From: a virus
Taxonomy: Duplodnaviria > Caudoviricetes
Direction: 5' to 3' (one strand)
Virus record (IMG/VR): IMGVR_UViG_3300012953_000047
Coordinates: 1-49,064 of that record
DNA length: 49,064 nucleotides
The position numbers and the translations under genes were made by a program. A model generated the notes under the pieces. That model saw only the letters and a list, made by a program, of their open reading frames with translations, had not been told where the DNA came from and did no database searches. Positions within the stretch are counted from its first letter, which is position 1. Every line of letters starts with the position of its first letter. Below are positions 26,401 through 38,900 of the stretch, piece after piece.

Positions 26401-28386
26401 AGGAATTGATCCCTCACTTACTTTTGATACTGTTGTAACACCAGTGATTGTAACTTGAGAACTACCAACACTAACAATTCTTCCTAAAGTTTGTGTTGAC
26501 TGACCAGTTGAAGTATCAGGGTTTGTAAATGCAAGTATATTGCCAACCCTCAAACCTCCAGGGAATCTTTCTGAAATACTAGTTACCGTGCTAATACCAG
26601 TTGCTGCAACTCTATCAGTAACTTGTGCTTGTCCAAAGAAGAATAAGTCTCTTTGAATAGTGTCTGCAACGAAAGTTAGACCAACTCCAACAACACCAGG
26701 TCCAACAGATACAGAAGGACCACCGTAAATTGCCTTAACGTCAGCCATCGAGTGTGCCGTGACTGCTAGAGCAACTCTACTGTCCTCTACACCATTAAAA
26801 ATAAATGGTTCATTTTTTTGGAAATTTCCTATAGTATCATAAAGTTTTAATGATGTACTATCGGTTACAGCATCTCTCAAAAATGCAGTTGATCCACTAT
26901 ACTTTCCTTTTACAAAAGTAGGTATAGTAAGATCAATCTTCTCATTTAAAGTTATATTTGTTTGTAATCTAACATCAAAAAGTGAAATATCCCACTGATT
27001 TATAGATGAAAATTCTGTGTCATATGATCCAGACTCTAATGCACAATCATATATTCTTGCTAAACCAATTTCTTCACCAGGAGCACCCGTGGCAACACCA
27101 ACTCTTTGATCACGTAAACTTACAACATAAGTATTTCCAATACCAATTTCAGGAGCTCCCTTAATATTATTCGTTCTTACAGTTACTCCAGTGTTATAAT
27201 TTACTGCTTGATTTTCTAAAGATGATGATTGTCTTGTTTTTGGAAAACTTATATAAGCGGTATCTAAAGATCTTACCTCGTATCCTTTAACAAACGCCTT
27301 TCCTGGTGCAATAGCATATAAACCAACATCATCACTTGCTGGTCTTCCATCCGGAGTATCTTGTCCCGCTGGATAAACACCATCATTACCAAGATTATTA
27401 TTAAGAGAATCTCTAATTTCTACTCCAAATGCAGTAACTGTGTAATCTCCAGATTCTGCGAATGTTCTCCTTGCTAATTCATCTCTAAGTAACTTATATT
27501 GAGAAGTATCATTAACGAAATCACTTTGAAGTACACCATCTTCAATTTTTGAAAGTTCTACGAAGTTATTATTATTAAGGTCTTCAAAATCTTTAAATGC
27601 TAAAGTTGCAGTAATCTTAAGTCTATCAGCACCTGGTGCTGCATAGTTATTAAATCCCTTTGAGTTATCGGCAAGTGTAGGATCTTCATCAGCATTGACA
27701 ATGCTTTCTTGAATATTAAATCCAACTCTTCCGGTAGGAAGGTTATCATACTGATCTAATAATAAAGTTTGTTGTGCAACATTGACAAAATTGCCTCTAA
27801 TAAAATATACACCATTATCAACTGAGAAAACAGCTCCAGTAGTTACGGAGTTTTCTGATAAAGTTGATGCAAAAGATTCTCCTGCAGGGACAAAAACACT
27901 ATTTTCTGGGCCAGAAAGAATATTTTCATCACATGCTAAAAGTTCACCATCATTAAATTCTGACTGTGCATTATCACCAACACCAGACGAAAGATATGAA
28001 ATATAAATTGTATGGACATCAAAATCACTCTGCTCAGGAGTAATAAAATTTACGACCTCAGCACTAACTCCAGTTGTAAGACCATATATTCTTTTACCTA
28101 CTAACTGCGATATGTATGCGTCAACTGGAACACCTAAGTGAGTTGGATTAATAGAAACACCAGTATATCCAGTATCAAAAGTGGTATTTCCCGGAATTAC
28201 TTTGGCTCCCTCTTTAAATATGTGGGAACCAAACTGTTCAATTTGATTTTGAAGAATCGACTGTAGTCCTGTCAGTTCCCTCGCTTGAACAGGGTATCCA
28301 GGTTTAAACAGAACCTTATAATAATCATTTGATGAATCAAAATCATCAAAATATGGTGATACATTGAGGTTGGTTTGTTGCGCCAT
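20455..28386 (-). CDS. Large baseplate/tail structural protein, DUF4815/VrlC-like (2643 aa)
   Basis: NLNVSPYFDDF..YKVLFKPGYPVQARELT, RYTMRDIGKLEDRI..LEYYTSLS, KSGFFVDNF, DPIAQSF, GSFFKSQNGSTW..EDLKF, DLRVIATA. Confidence 0.88.
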   Translation of the reverse strand: MAQQTNLNVSPYFDDFDSSNDYYKVLFKPGYPVQARELTGLQSILQNQIEQFGSHIFKEGAKVIPGNTTFDTGYTGVSINPTHLGVPVDAYISQLVGKRIYGLTTGVSAEVVNFITPEQSDFDVHTIYISYLSSGVGDNAQSEFNDGELLACDENILSGPENSVFVPAGESFASTLSENSVTTGAVFSVDNGVYFIRGNFVNVAQQTLLLDQYDNLPTGRVGFNIQESIVNADEDPTLADNSKGFNNYAAPGADRLKITATLAFKDFEDLNNNNFVELSKIEDGVLQSDFVNDTSQYKLLRDELARRTFAESGDYTVTAFGVEIRDSLNNNLGNDGVYPAGQDTPDGRPASDDVGLYAIAPGKAFVKGYEVRSLDTAYISFPKTRQSSSLENQAVNYNTGVTVRTNNIKGAPEIGIGNTYVVSLRDQRVGVATGAPGEEIGLARIYDCALESGSYDTEFSSINQWDISLFDVRLQTNITLNEKIDLTIPTFVKGKYSGSTAFLRDAVTDSTSLKLYDTIGNFQKNEPFIFNGVEDSRVALAVTAHSMADVKAIYGGPSVSVGPGVVGVGLTFVADTIQRDLFFFGQAQVTDRVAATGISTVTSISERFPGGLRVGNILAFTNPDTSTGQSTQTLGRIVSVGSSQVTITGVTTVSKVSEGSIPQVGAANIVSVSDLRLITTPLAESEDNRLYTQMPKRNISNVDLSDAQLIIRKSFDVVITTNNELNSGVVAGNNETFLAFDEERYSLVRRDGTTEVLTSDKLAFTSGNTVLQVNNIGADLSANMEAKLVTTLKKIKPKAKLKRKNRVNSLVVNTSKLVGSGVGATTLNDGLSYGNYPYGTRVQDERISLNTGDIIEILGVFESNNTAQASAPRLTLNSISGPTGKTSDLIIGEKITGKTSGSVAIVAEKVADEQLSYIDLNDFGFSEGETVTFEESDLQAVISSLDIPSKDVSTNYTFNNGQKSTFYDYGFLNRNPNAKEPSRQLKVYFKNGFYDSSDDGDITTTNSYNTFEYGTEIQAVNGDRNTDIIDIRPKVSDYITAESTRSPLEFLGRTFTTSGNSATNILAPDESIVTNYSFYGGRIDRLYINDRGDFELKMGNPAENPEKPDPLDNALEIATITLPPYLYSTEDASIHFLDHKRYTMRDIGKLEDRIRNLEYYTSLSILETETANLFVPDNSGLNKFKSGFFVDNFTSFLPQEDTRAIKNSIDQAGKECRASHYTNSIDLVVGPVDPSAVDLTQAAVDRFPEGTNTRRTGDVITLDYEEVEYLAQEYATRTESVTPFLLSFWRANIKLTPASDTWTDTSRVKAKVIDVEGSYASTVESAARTFGGFDPQTGLTPILWNAWQTQWTGTRTTSRRSERNEVTGRRSWFTSRRTAGGGTSTTRFQATTRTTFQDTFTDNFRTGADVRTGRRQLITPQLETESLGDRTLSREVISFMRSRNIEFVGRGFKPLTQVYPFFEGIDVSRFCFPKLMEIQMLSGSFQVGETVHGRPIKSLAAGGASFRTGLQIQFRLCQPNHKSGPYNAPERIYASNPYTSTVGAKSDEAQRGEFELFALGSAQTLPSTYSATSTLINVDTLALAEQPAGSFFGYIETGMTLYGVTSGARARVVNNRLITDLSSDILGSFFIPSPRINANPKFTTGTKTFVLIDNKQNSEEEALTLASETYTASGTLETVQETIVSVRNAKVEVLAEREQIDREEFTGTTVAIQEGASVTTTESFTTFTPPPAPPDPPARRPNSGPPTATPRPPQRSNSGGGHTRRGRPPVRRVRRRRVVRRRVARRRASRRRRGGRRNSRRRRRRGRRRRNRRRRRRGRDPIAQSFTVFGDTGVFLTSIDIFFAEVDTNDIPVILQLRTMENGIPTETILPFSEVTLPPAEIQTSTDGDVGTRIFFDAPVYVEEQTEYAMVLVSASTKYKVWISRVGENDKLTDQFVSTQPDLGSFFKSQNGSTWEPSQWEDLKFVINRARFSSSGTMELYSPVLAEGNAQVPTLMPDSINLNSRKIRVGLTTGLNFADNDSHVPELGNTIYQINSNATGNYVGSAGSATGELNLNNAGIGFTPHSGSFGYDNTSLSNITGVGQNLTADIHVVNGVVSIATVRSGGSGYTVGDVLELSSGLGNQATGRNARFSIVSIGATNELILDNVQGDFITGVGNTIMFTNSVGIGTTLGGENSAARVSSVTTVSDGLHIVVDHRNHGMHHETNRVILSDIEPDVIPTKISVAYDESSTGDISIDDATLFGTFESVGVGTTNAGYLLIGEEIVSYTETNGNTLGGITRQVDGTSATDYAAGTPIYKYELGGVSLRRINKEHALSDVTVSNPITFDSYNFKVDMASSGVARTTGESFPILYLNQTKSTGGFGAKATQNMQYEIITPQIQNLTLPGTNINASMRSISGTSLGDGSADGTDLPFVVQGRDALTLNNSNYLTSPRIIASRVNETNAASLQDLPGERSLNITLELTTDNEFLSPVVDTQRLSAIFTTNRIDAPITNYAQDNRVNSLNDDPTSCQYISKENNLENPASSLKVILDAHINQYADIRVFYAISETANFDPIFVPFPGFDNLNDKGEIIAFENSNGKSDTRNIVTDVAGFASQDLDFREYTFTTDNLPAFKSFRVKVVMTSTNQTYPPRMKDLRVIATA
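22933..22989. repeat. 21-bp direct repeat (36-bp period) within the Arg-rich tract
   Basis: ACCTCTTCTTCTCCGTCTTCT at 22933-22953 and 22969-22989. Confidence 0.85.
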
Positions 28387-28392
28387 GGTTTA

Positions 28393-29943
28393 TTAGAACT
28401 GCAGTATAATTTTTATATCTTCTTTTTGGTTTGAAGATCTTGTAATAGCTGGTCGGTTGTCAATATAAATTATGTCTCCAGAATATTTTTTAACCTCTGG
28501 ATTTGACAAACCATTTGTAAATGACTGTCCAAGGTAATATGTTCTATTATTTAGAGTTGTAGAGAGACCACTAAATGTAGTTGAAATACTCAATCCAGAA
28601 GTCGTTCCTACAATACTAATAGATCCATTTCCAGTTATTGAATTAGAGAATCTTGTCAATCCAAATCCGTATGTTGGAGACGTTTGTGCCGTTCCATCAG
28701 TGTTAAATCCCGCAAGAGTTCTATCTTGCCAGTACTTTAAAACTCCAGTAACCTGGTCATAACTTATCACTCTACCTATTGCAGTAACACCCGTGCCAAC
28801 TGTTTGAGTAATAGTAGAGTCTGCAGTGAAAGTTGCTGAACTATATCCAACACCAACCAACCTCATTGCATATACTGCACTAGCTTTTGATAGTGAAAGA
28901 TTAGAGGTAGAATTAAAAGATTTCGGATTTTTTACAATACCAATTCTAGAAATTTGATTTCCTGTGATAAAATCGGGGTTTTCAGCATCATTTTCAATTC
29001 TTGAATACATGAGTGCATTTTTGGCACCCAATTCTCTGTAAATGTCTTTTCCATGTCCACCAGGTGGAGAAATTATAACTTCAAGACTTGGATTAGCTGT
29101 TCCGGTTGGAACATTTCCTGCAACTAAATCGACACTACCAAATGAATAATCTTTTCCTGGATTTGAGATTGTGACACTATCAACTTGTTGATCATTGTTA
29201 ATAACCACAGTACACTCAGCTTCACTTCCATCTCCTTTGATGGGAACTCTAGTGTAAGTTCTATTTGCGGTTCCTAATCCAACACCTCTATTGTTTACAA
29301 TAACTGTTTTAATACTTCCATCAATAGCATTATCTCTTATAGATGCATGCTCAGTGCTAGTTTCCCAATTTAAAGGAACTGGCATAAATTCAGTGGAATC
29401 AAATTTAATTAAATCAGATGGTTTTATCGTATAGAGATATTTCCAAATATATCCATCACCACTTGTCCCGGCAGATCTTGGTTCTAAATCAGTGAATGTC
29501 GGTTCATCTAGAGAAGGTCTTCCATTAGGATTTTCTGGATTTGTTCCATTATCTAAACAAATATACACTCTAAAATCACTGTTAATCGCATAGTAATTTG
29601 CAGAGTATAATGAAGTGCCGTTAGCATTTCTTGGAATATTTGATATACTATAATCATGCCTATAGTAATCGAAAGTTGTTCCAGAATTCCAACTTACCTT
29701 TCTAATGACAAGTTTAATGTCCTCTGAGGTTATTTTCTTCATAGCGATCATGGTGTCCCATGTATCGTTAGTCTGACTAAAATTATCCACAGGGCTAGGA
29801 GGATCATCATCCCAATCAGATTGTATATCTGTCGGGTTTGGTAACCCAACAAAAGCATAGTATGAGTTATCAGAAGTAGTAACGCCAGAAACAAAGTTCT
29901 TTGCGTTTAATATTCTAACCTGATCAGTTATAATGGCAGCCAT
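28393..29943 (-). CDS. g8: Baseplate wedge subunit gp8
   Basis: MAAIITDQ.RI.NA, MIAMKKI, VYICLDN, DGYIWKYLYTI, GGHG.D..ELGA, YIDNR..ITRS.NQKEDIKIILQF. Confidence 0.93.
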   Translation of the reverse strand: MAAIITDQVRILNAKNFVSGVTTSDNSYYAFVGLPNPTDIQSDWDDDPPSPVDNFSQTNDTWDTMIAMKKITSEDIKLVIRKVSWNSGTTFDYYRHDYSISNIPRNANGTSLYSANYYAINSDFRVYICLDNGTNPENPNGRPSLDEPTFTDLEPRSAGTSGDGYIWKYLYTIKPSDLIKFDSTEFMPVPLNWETSTEHASIRDNAIDGSIKTVIVNNRGVGLGTANRTYTRVPIKGDGSEAECTVVINNDQQVDSVTISNPGKDYSFGSVDLVAGNVPTGTANPSLEVIISPPGGHGKDIYRELGAKNALMYSRIENDAENPDFITGNQISRIGIVKNPKSFNSTSNLSLSKASAVYAMRLVGVGYSSATFTADSTITQTVGTGVTAIGRVISYDQVTGVLKYWQDRTLAGFNTDGTAQTSPTYGFGLTRFSNSITGNGSISIVGTTSGLSISTTFSGLSTTLNNRTYYLGQSFTNGLSNPEVKKYSGDIIYIDNRPAITRSSNQKEDIKIILQF

Positions 29944-29962
29944 TTTGAGAGGGATTTTTCTT

Positions 29963-29969
29963 TATTTAG
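29963..29969 (-). promoter_or_regulatory. T4-type late promoter (CTAAATA)
   Basis: Upstream of g8. Confidence 0.7.
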
Positions 29970-29975
29970 TATGAA

Positions 29976-32900
29976 TTATGTACTATAATTTTTGACCTTT
30001 AGTGATTTTTGTCTAATCACAACAGGGCCTGTTTCAATTCCAGTAATACCATTTGAAGTATTTGCTGTGTATGATTGATTCTTAAATCTATCCGTGAGGA
30101 CCAGTTTGCCCCAACTATACTCACCATAGAAACTAGCAGTTGATAATCCAGTTAATCCATTCAAACTATTTACACTCACAACAACCTGAGTTAATGTAGT
30201 TAGTCCAAAACCAATAGCATCGGTTGACACTCCAGTAGTGACATGTGCCACTCTGTAAACTCCATCCATAAAGGACGTGCCAACACCAACAACGGCATTG
30301 TTTTCGTCTAAGGAGGTTACACCATGACCAACGTTTGAATTTCTAATAACAAACAAATCACCAGTAGCAATTCCACTTGCAGTTATTGCGGATGGTTGGG
30401 TAATAGCACCATCTCTCAAGAATGAATCAGATGGAATAACGAGATCAAGAACAAGTCCAGTAACAGCAACACCCGCGATAGATGTTGTGCCAATGCCGGT
30501 TATAATTCCAAAATCACCCGAGTAAGAATCAATCGTATTTTTCTCCGTTACAAAGGTTGGAGGTCCAATCAATACTCTAGGATGAGTTGTTTGTGCATAA
30601 CCAACTCCACCTGTATCAACAGAGATAGCAGTTACAGATCCACCAGATATAGTCGCTGTAGCGGTTGCCCTAGAGGTTGTTCCCAACCCAACAGGATTCT
30701 GTATGGTTACGGATGGAGCACTGGTGTAACCTTTTCCTCCATCTGAAATAACTATTGATGCAACTGTTACACCATTTCCAACAACTGCTGTTGCAGCAGC
30801 TGCTACGTTCTGAGGATTATCTATGAAAAGAATGTCCTTTTGGAAATCAGTGCTAACTTTATTTTCATTCTTAGCGTTGAAGAATGGTTTTACATTATCA
30901 ACACTAACAATTGTGGATCCAATACCAACAGATTTAATTATATGAGTTGATGGGAAGATCCTTGCGTTATAAAGATCTCTGGCCTTACTAACGTTCTTAC
31001 CATTAACAATTCTATCTTCAGTTTGTCTACACCACTTAACAGGCCTCAACATTCTGGTCAGATCACTAATACCGCCTCCAGAGTATGGATTTGTATCAAC
31101 AGAACTTGATGATGTTATCTCAGAAACTGTACGTGCATCTTCCTGTAAGAATTTATCTTGATTTATATTTAATGGTGTTTGCTTCAGTTTTCTGTTGTAT
31201 CCAATAGTAAGATCATCACCAGTCTTTACAGTCTCAATAATGTCTCTGTCAATAACATCTGCTCCACCAGTTCCTCTATAGAAAATTAGTTTAAATGTAT
31301 CACCCGCTTTAGGTGCTTCTTCAAAACTAAAGTTACTTCCTCCAGTGAAGAAATATGATTCTTCAGGAACTTGGAGAATATCATTAACAAAGAGTAATAA
31401 AGTATCTTGAACTTTTACAAGTGATCCGGGTGCAGATTGGATAGAGAAAGAATTTCCATTTAAACTAATTGGGAATGTCTTTGTTACTCCATCAAACAGT
31501 GAAGATACATCATCAAGAACTTGAAGTTGTCCGATAGACCATGCTACGAATGAATCAGAATCAATTTCCAAAATATCAACTACAAATTCTTCAAAATTAG
31601 AAGATGCTGTTGTGGGTATTCCAGTGGCACCTCCAGATGGAATAGTCAAGACTTGACCAACACCATATCCATATCCAGTATTTGATATTGAGAAATCTAT
31701 AACACTAGATCCTTGACCAACAACAACATCAATAGTTGCATTTACTCCACCAGATCCAAGAGAATCTGAACTATATTCTAATGGGATATTTACGTAACTA
31801 TGTGGAGCATCAATAATTACCTTAAGTAATTCATTTACTTTACCACCCCTTGCATATAGGTGACCTCTTGTCGATATTCCACTATCAATTTCAAACTCAG
31901 TTGGACTCAATATTCTCAACACGGAAGCACCATCAAATGCAGGATCTTGACCACTAGCTGAGTTATTATTTGCTCTAGGTGCAATTAATGCTGGTTGTAC
32001 AAATCCACCAGAAACATATTGTGTAGGAACAGTGGATATACCAACATTAATTGTAAATTGAGTAGCACTAGCAACACCAACTACTGGTGTACCATCAAAT
32101 ATAGGATCACCCTCTCTTGGATATGCGTGCTGAGTTGCATAGCTGTTCTTAGAACATGTGAATCTTAAGGACTCTTTCTTCAGTTTAATACTTCTTCCAG
32201 GTAATAATGTGTGTGCGCCTATGGTTAGCACTAACACACCTGTATCAGCAGCGTAGGTTGCGTCAGACACGTTATAGAAGTTTAATCCGGACGCTCCTAC
32301 ATTTATTGTTATAGTGTTGTCAGTAACAGCAGTAATCGCAGTCTGTATTCCAGCTATTGGATCAGTTGGTCTTGGATATGGATGATCACTTCCATACTGA
32401 TCCATCTCACATCTGAATACAATTGAACTTGTTCCAATACCTACAGTATCACTTGTAGATAGACCATGACTTGGTATTGTAAGTACAAACAAACCCGTCT
32501 TTGCATCATAAGTTGCATTTGTTGCAGTAAATTCAGTTCCTACACCAGTTGTTACTGAGTTAGTAGTAGCATAAAGGAAAGCGTGAGGATAATCACCACC
32601 TTGTATTACAGCACTACTTGCAGCACCTATAAATCTGTGGTCATATTGCTGACCAACAGGAGATTTAGATACATCTAAAGTTATGGTTGTTGATGTAGTT
32701 GATGCAATTGATATTGCAGTATCAAAGAAACGATCTCTGTTTCTTGGATAGATATGATTTACTGTAGCACCAAGTCCACATGTAAATGCCAAACCAGTTA
32801 ATATCACATCACTACTCTTTCCTGTTGTAGAAAGGCCGTGTGCCCCTGAAGTGGTGACGGTCATGATACCCGTTACATTATTATAAATTGCACTTTGGAC

Positions 32901-35900
32901 GCCAACAGAAGGTGCATAATCGCAAGTAAATGCAATACCAGATACAATCACTTCATTACCAACAATTAGATTATGTTCAAATGCAGTAGTTACAGTTGTT
33001 ATGCCAGTGATCGAAGAATAACCAACATTATAAATGTCTCTTGGTTTATAAAATACTCTACTATCTGTTATAGCAACTCCGGTAACATGACCATTGGAAA
33101 CTGCAGCGGTTCCGATTGGAGTCACATCAGCACCATTTAGTTTTTCTCTCTGGATTGAAACATTTACAGTTTGTATTCCTGATCTGTATCCAGAACCGGT
33201 ATTTCCAACAGAGATTGATGTGATAGTTCCTGCAATAGAAACAATTGCAGTTCCTCCAGCAGATACAAGCGGTTGATATCCAAATCCTTCAGAAGATCCA
33301 ACAGAAACAATAACACCACCGACAGGGATATTTGCATTATTTGGATCATATGCAACAGAACTTGCAGTTCCTGTAAATCTTATACTGGAAATTCCACCAA
33401 CTTCGGTTAAATTATAATCATAATTATTTCCTGGTCCTTGGAATATATTATTAATCAATACCACTGCATTATTAGTGGCAACTCCTGAAACGTTAGTTCC
33501 GTTATCAGTCGTCAGAGCAAATTCTGCATCTTTTCCAGTGAATTGTTGTGCAATATCATCATAGAGATAATTTTGACTGTAGGCCTCTCCTGTAGAACCC
33601 GGTACTCCAGATCTAGTGAATACTCTTCCATTAAAGGAAGATGATGTCACTATTCCAACCCAGTCTCGGGAGTCTGGAGGACTATCTGGTAACACAACTG
33701 GATTTAATCCATTTGGAGCTTCAGCAAAGTTTACGTAGTTATCAACAATATTGTAACCACCTCTTAGTTTAGTTACTGTGGCTCCTGTATCATGACCCAC
33801 GATTGCAGTTCCCAACCATCCTCTCTGAACTTTAATTGCATTAGTGCTTCCAATACCAACGCCGAGAATTTTCATAATCTCGCCAGTGTCTTCCGGACCA
33901 ACCCGGATGTAATCTGCTCCAAAGAATGAAGTCAGTCCAACAAATTTTATAATGTCGGTATTTTGAATGGCCTTGTCTGCCAAAATAGTTGTAACAGAAG
34001 TTCCTGCAACAGGAGACTGAATGATGTTATCAATAGAGAGTATAACTTTTTGATTTTGATTTTTTGAAGTAAAACTATGAGATGTTCCAACACCAACACT
34101 AGTAAAATTAAGAGGAACTGCAATTGTTTTGAGAGCATCTTCTGCAGATCTTGCTAATTTAAATTTACTTTCGCTCTGTTTAATGACAAACACTGACGTT
34201 GGCATTTGAGTTGTAGATCCAACCCCAACGAATGTAGTTCTACCAATACCAATAGCATGAGTTCCAATTCCAGTAGAGGGTTCATATACAAGTTCTTCGC
34301 CAGTTACGAAGAAGTGATCGGGTATGGTGATAGTGTCGTTTGACACATCAACAGCAGCCGTAGAAGACCCATCAACAACTCTTCTGAATATATCAAGAGT
34401 TTTATGCTGCATATTGAACTGTCTCTTAACAGTATTTTGAGTTCCTGTGTATATTGCGTTCGAGTTTTCAATTGCTGCATTACCAAAATCAAGTTCAGTC
34501 TCTCCACCAACAGCTCTGGCAGGAACTGGAGATTCATTGGCCTCTGGTCTCATGGCATTCATGTAAGTTTTCACTTCAATTTTTGCACCAGCATCTGGAG
34601 TAAATGTCAATTCAGTATTATTTGAACCGTCTGAAGCTCTTCTTCCACTAATTGTTCCGAGTCCAACGAAAGCACCTGAACCAATCTGAGTGTTGCCATA
34701 CTCCATGACTTGAATACTTTCAGGATCTTCATCATTATAATCATCAATGATCATAACTTCAGACACCTCATATCTGCCATTTGTTGTATCAGATACCTGA
34801 ACAAAGACATATGCTGCATCATAGTCATCACTATAACTTGCAATTCCTACTGCTACAGGAGTTGAAGTTGATGGAATAGTAGTGGACTTTGCTTCAATCG
34901 AACTATGGGCAAATTCATACGTACCAATTCCAGTATATGCTTCAGAAGCCAATCCAACAGTTATAGTATTAACATATGCAGTGGTCATTCCTGCAATAGG
35001 TGTATATGTTACTCTTAGGTCATTTCCACTTATATTGGCACCAAATGTGCCTATATTTGATCCAGTAGATGATGCATCAAGAGAGTGTATTGTTAATTGA
35101 CCATATTCCATCATTTGAACATTTGTTCCATCATGAACAACAGTCAATTCATCATATTCAACACTACCGTCACTACCCTCAACATTTACAAGAATTTTCG
35201 CTGATCTACCACCAGAAACGGTTGTTCCAATTCCTGCTAAAGTTACGATAGTAGTTTCTGCTCCACCAGCCATTTGAGTGACGGAAGATGCAATACTAAC
35301 TAATCCACCAGTTAAACCTGTAGATTCTCCGATAGTGGTGCTTCCCACTGTGATAAACTCTTGTGTTGTGGTAACACCCAAGATATTGGTATCAATATTA
35401 TATGCGAAGAATTCTACATCATAATTATTGAGTTCAAACTTATTTGGGAAGAATTGTATAACTGCTTCAGTACCTTCAATAGCTGCATCAAAAGATCCAA
35501 GATCAACAACCGTATGAACAGATCCATATTGATTAATCATTGCAAATCCACGCCCCGTATCATAGACGGCGTTAATCAGCATGATCTGTCTTTCACCTGT
35601 GAATAATCTATCCCTAATATATGCTACGAATTTTTGAGCTCTATTGTTAGCAAATCTACCTCTAAAGACTTCTTCAAATCTTGTGGTTCTAGCATTATTG
35701 TTGAATTCTGCACTAAAATCATCTACAGTAAGAACCCTATTACCAACAGACTCTGCATAATCTTGAAGAATTTTTGTGCTGAAATTAATCTCATCAGAAT
35801 AATCTCTAACACTTCCTCTTAAATAATTTTCAGATACTAAATCAAAATTATCAACACAATTCAAACTCTTTACACGATCTAAATTGTAAATTAACTCAAT

Positions 35901-38900
35901 ACTCTGATTAGTGATTGGTTTTAACGTAGCTTGATCCTGTCTAGGAAGACTTGATTCAATATCAAGACTTGAGAATTTTCTAAATCCAGCAGCGTGATTT
36001 AACTGCGATACAACTTCATCCCAATCTTCAAATGGAACTTCTGACTTAATAGAATATGAGAAACTTTGGTAGTATTCATTATCATGTATTCTTTGAGTTT
36101 CTTTATTCAAAAATCCTTTATCATATTCCCAACCATCATCCATGATAGAAAAATAATCTATATTGTGAGTGGTTTCAAAAGAAATTACTTCTTTTACACG
36201 ACCCTTTCTTCCTGTTTGGTCGGATTTAATGATATCTTCAACGGAAAAATCTTTAGAACTTTCAACAGTCAAATATTTGTTCTTAGCATCCCACTCAAAT
36301 ACATCAGCAGATTGTTTGCCATTATTGACACTTTCTCCTACATCAAAGACATTTGATTTAAGAATAGGATTAAATTGTGGGAAATCCACTTCTTTAACTA
36401 ATATTGCTGAAGAATTTTTAGCATTAAATTTACCAGTTGTTTGACCTGACCCAACTAGTCCGGCCATACTGTAGGTGACAATTCCAACAGAACTCAGATT
36501 TTGGAATACCTCAGTAATTTCAAATCTGATATAATCATAATTTTCTGAATTAAATCCTAAAGCAGTTGAACCAATACCAACACTAACATTTTCTACTAGA
36601 ACTTTATCTCCAACCGCAAATGGGAATGTGTCAACTGTACTAAAAGCATCTCTTAAAGTTACTGTTACTTCTTCATTGGCATCATCATAACTGAGGTTGC
36701 TTGCTCTAATACCATTAGGATTTCCAACAGGGATGATTGATGGAGCAATACTTGCCAGGTCATTGGTATTTTGTAATATTTCAACACCAGCACCTAAAGT
36801 GTATTTTAATTTTATATCATCAACTCTCTTTTTAGTTTTTCCATCAAGAACGACCAAACTTGGAGCAGTGTTATATCCTCTACCTACTGAAGTAACTCCA
36901 ACAGATTCAAGACCAGTTAATGGTTCAATTCTAAAGGTTTGTGGAAGTTTGACTGTAGGCCTGAGTGTACGGTCTGATGAATAATCAAATCCAATGTTTT
37001 TGATTGAAATTGATTCAACCTTACCTATACTAGTACTAGCAGGTTCTAACAGAGAGCCCCTACCAAGAGAACTTGTGACTGTAGTAATTCCTGGAATTAT
37101 TTCATAACCAGCACCTTTATTTGTAATAGCAACTTCAGTTATGGAACCATAGGTATTTTCTGAATTAGTTGTATACGACAGTTTTGCTGAATTATGGCTA
37201 TATGATGATGCTTCGGGAACCTCTGTTGCCTCATAAGTAAAGGTATTGTCGCTAGATACTGTTATATTTTGTTGCCCATTATACTTACTATTTTGTATTA
37301 TGAGTTTATTTGATGTTGAATCTCGATCCTCAGAAATTTCTCTATTAACTGCTAAGTTATAAAGATCTTTGATTGGAGATAATCTATAGTAAAGTGTTTC
37401 TGGAGTATCTTTCTTTACTCTAAGAGTGACTTTAGCATCTGTTGTTACACCAACAGTGCCAGTTGACGTTATGTCAAAAGTTCCATCATCATTAAGGGTG
37501 CCTACTCCAAAGTATTCATTTATAAAATTCTCATCAGTATAGAATTTTAACTCAAATGCTGGGAAAGACGTTGCATTTTGAGTGTATGCTAAAGTATTAT
37601 CAGATAAGTTGAAGTTTACAATAGAATTTTTGTATAATTTTATTGATGGATTTACTGGATAAATTTCTCCACTAGACGCTGTACTGATCGCAACGAAATT
37701 GGGCAGTGATTTTATAAGTTGGAATTTATCCTCCGTTAACTGAATTGTGTCTTTGTCAACAACATAAACAAAATATTCAGTATCAGTTTCTAATCCTCCA
37801 GATGAAGAATCTGCAATATGAATTACTTTTTGACCAGTTTCTAAACCATGATTACTGAGACTTATTGAACTTCTTACTGGAATTACATTTGATGTGGTAG
37901 TAAATCCAGCAGTTGTTATTCCACCAGAGGTAAATGCTAAACCGGTAACTATGGATTTTCTGTTAGTTCTATTGTAGAGTAAATTGATCGAAGTAGTATT
38001 TTCTGGACTTACATTTATAGTGACAGTATCATTATTCAATAAACCATGGGTTCCTGAAGTTGATACAGTTACTTGATTTTTTTCAATCTTTCCTTTAATT
38101 GCTGGATGCGTTGTTTTAAAACTATGATACGTACCAGTTCCTATTCCAAGGAAATGCATGATACGCTGATGTGAGGTAGTGTCTGCTACTCCAACAAAAG
38201 ATCCTGTGGTGCCAATACCAATCTTCACTGTAGAAAGACCGATAAAATCGACACCAAGATTTGCTACAAACAGTTTAGAATGTTGATTAAGAAGTGTAGT
38301 ATTTGGATTTGTGGCAGCAATACCAGTATTTGGATTAGTAGCTATTCCAATGGAACTTCCACTATTTGTTTCATATGTTAAGACATCTCCAGTCTTTAAT
38401 CCATGATTTGGAAGATAGATTGCTCTAGTTTCAACAAAAATTTGAGTTTTTCCGGATCCTGGGTTGGAAATTCCTAAAGTTGTTCCAATTCCAACTGACG
38501 TAGAAGTACCTTGAGATAGACCTACTGCCTCAGCAGGATTAAAGTAATATTCTTTGTTAATTTTTTGTGAAATATCAGTAGTAATTCCAACACTGAATAA
38601 CACTTTTCTTGGTAAAGACTCTAAGTTAGAAGATTCTGCATGTGAAGTACCTACGGTAGAATTTTCTTGACGTAAAACTCTAATTCTTGAAGCAGGCCCA
38701 TCAACATTCAAAATTCTGACATTTTCACTACCGATCTTGAATATGTCATTTTCATTTACAAATCTTAAGTCACCGATAACTGAGAAATAAGTTACGATTC
38801 CAGTAGCGCCAATATTATCAACTGCTTTAGTGATCGATAATGATGCTGTATTTACACCAACATTGATAAAATCACGCAATTCTGCAGTTGTTGTTGTCAA

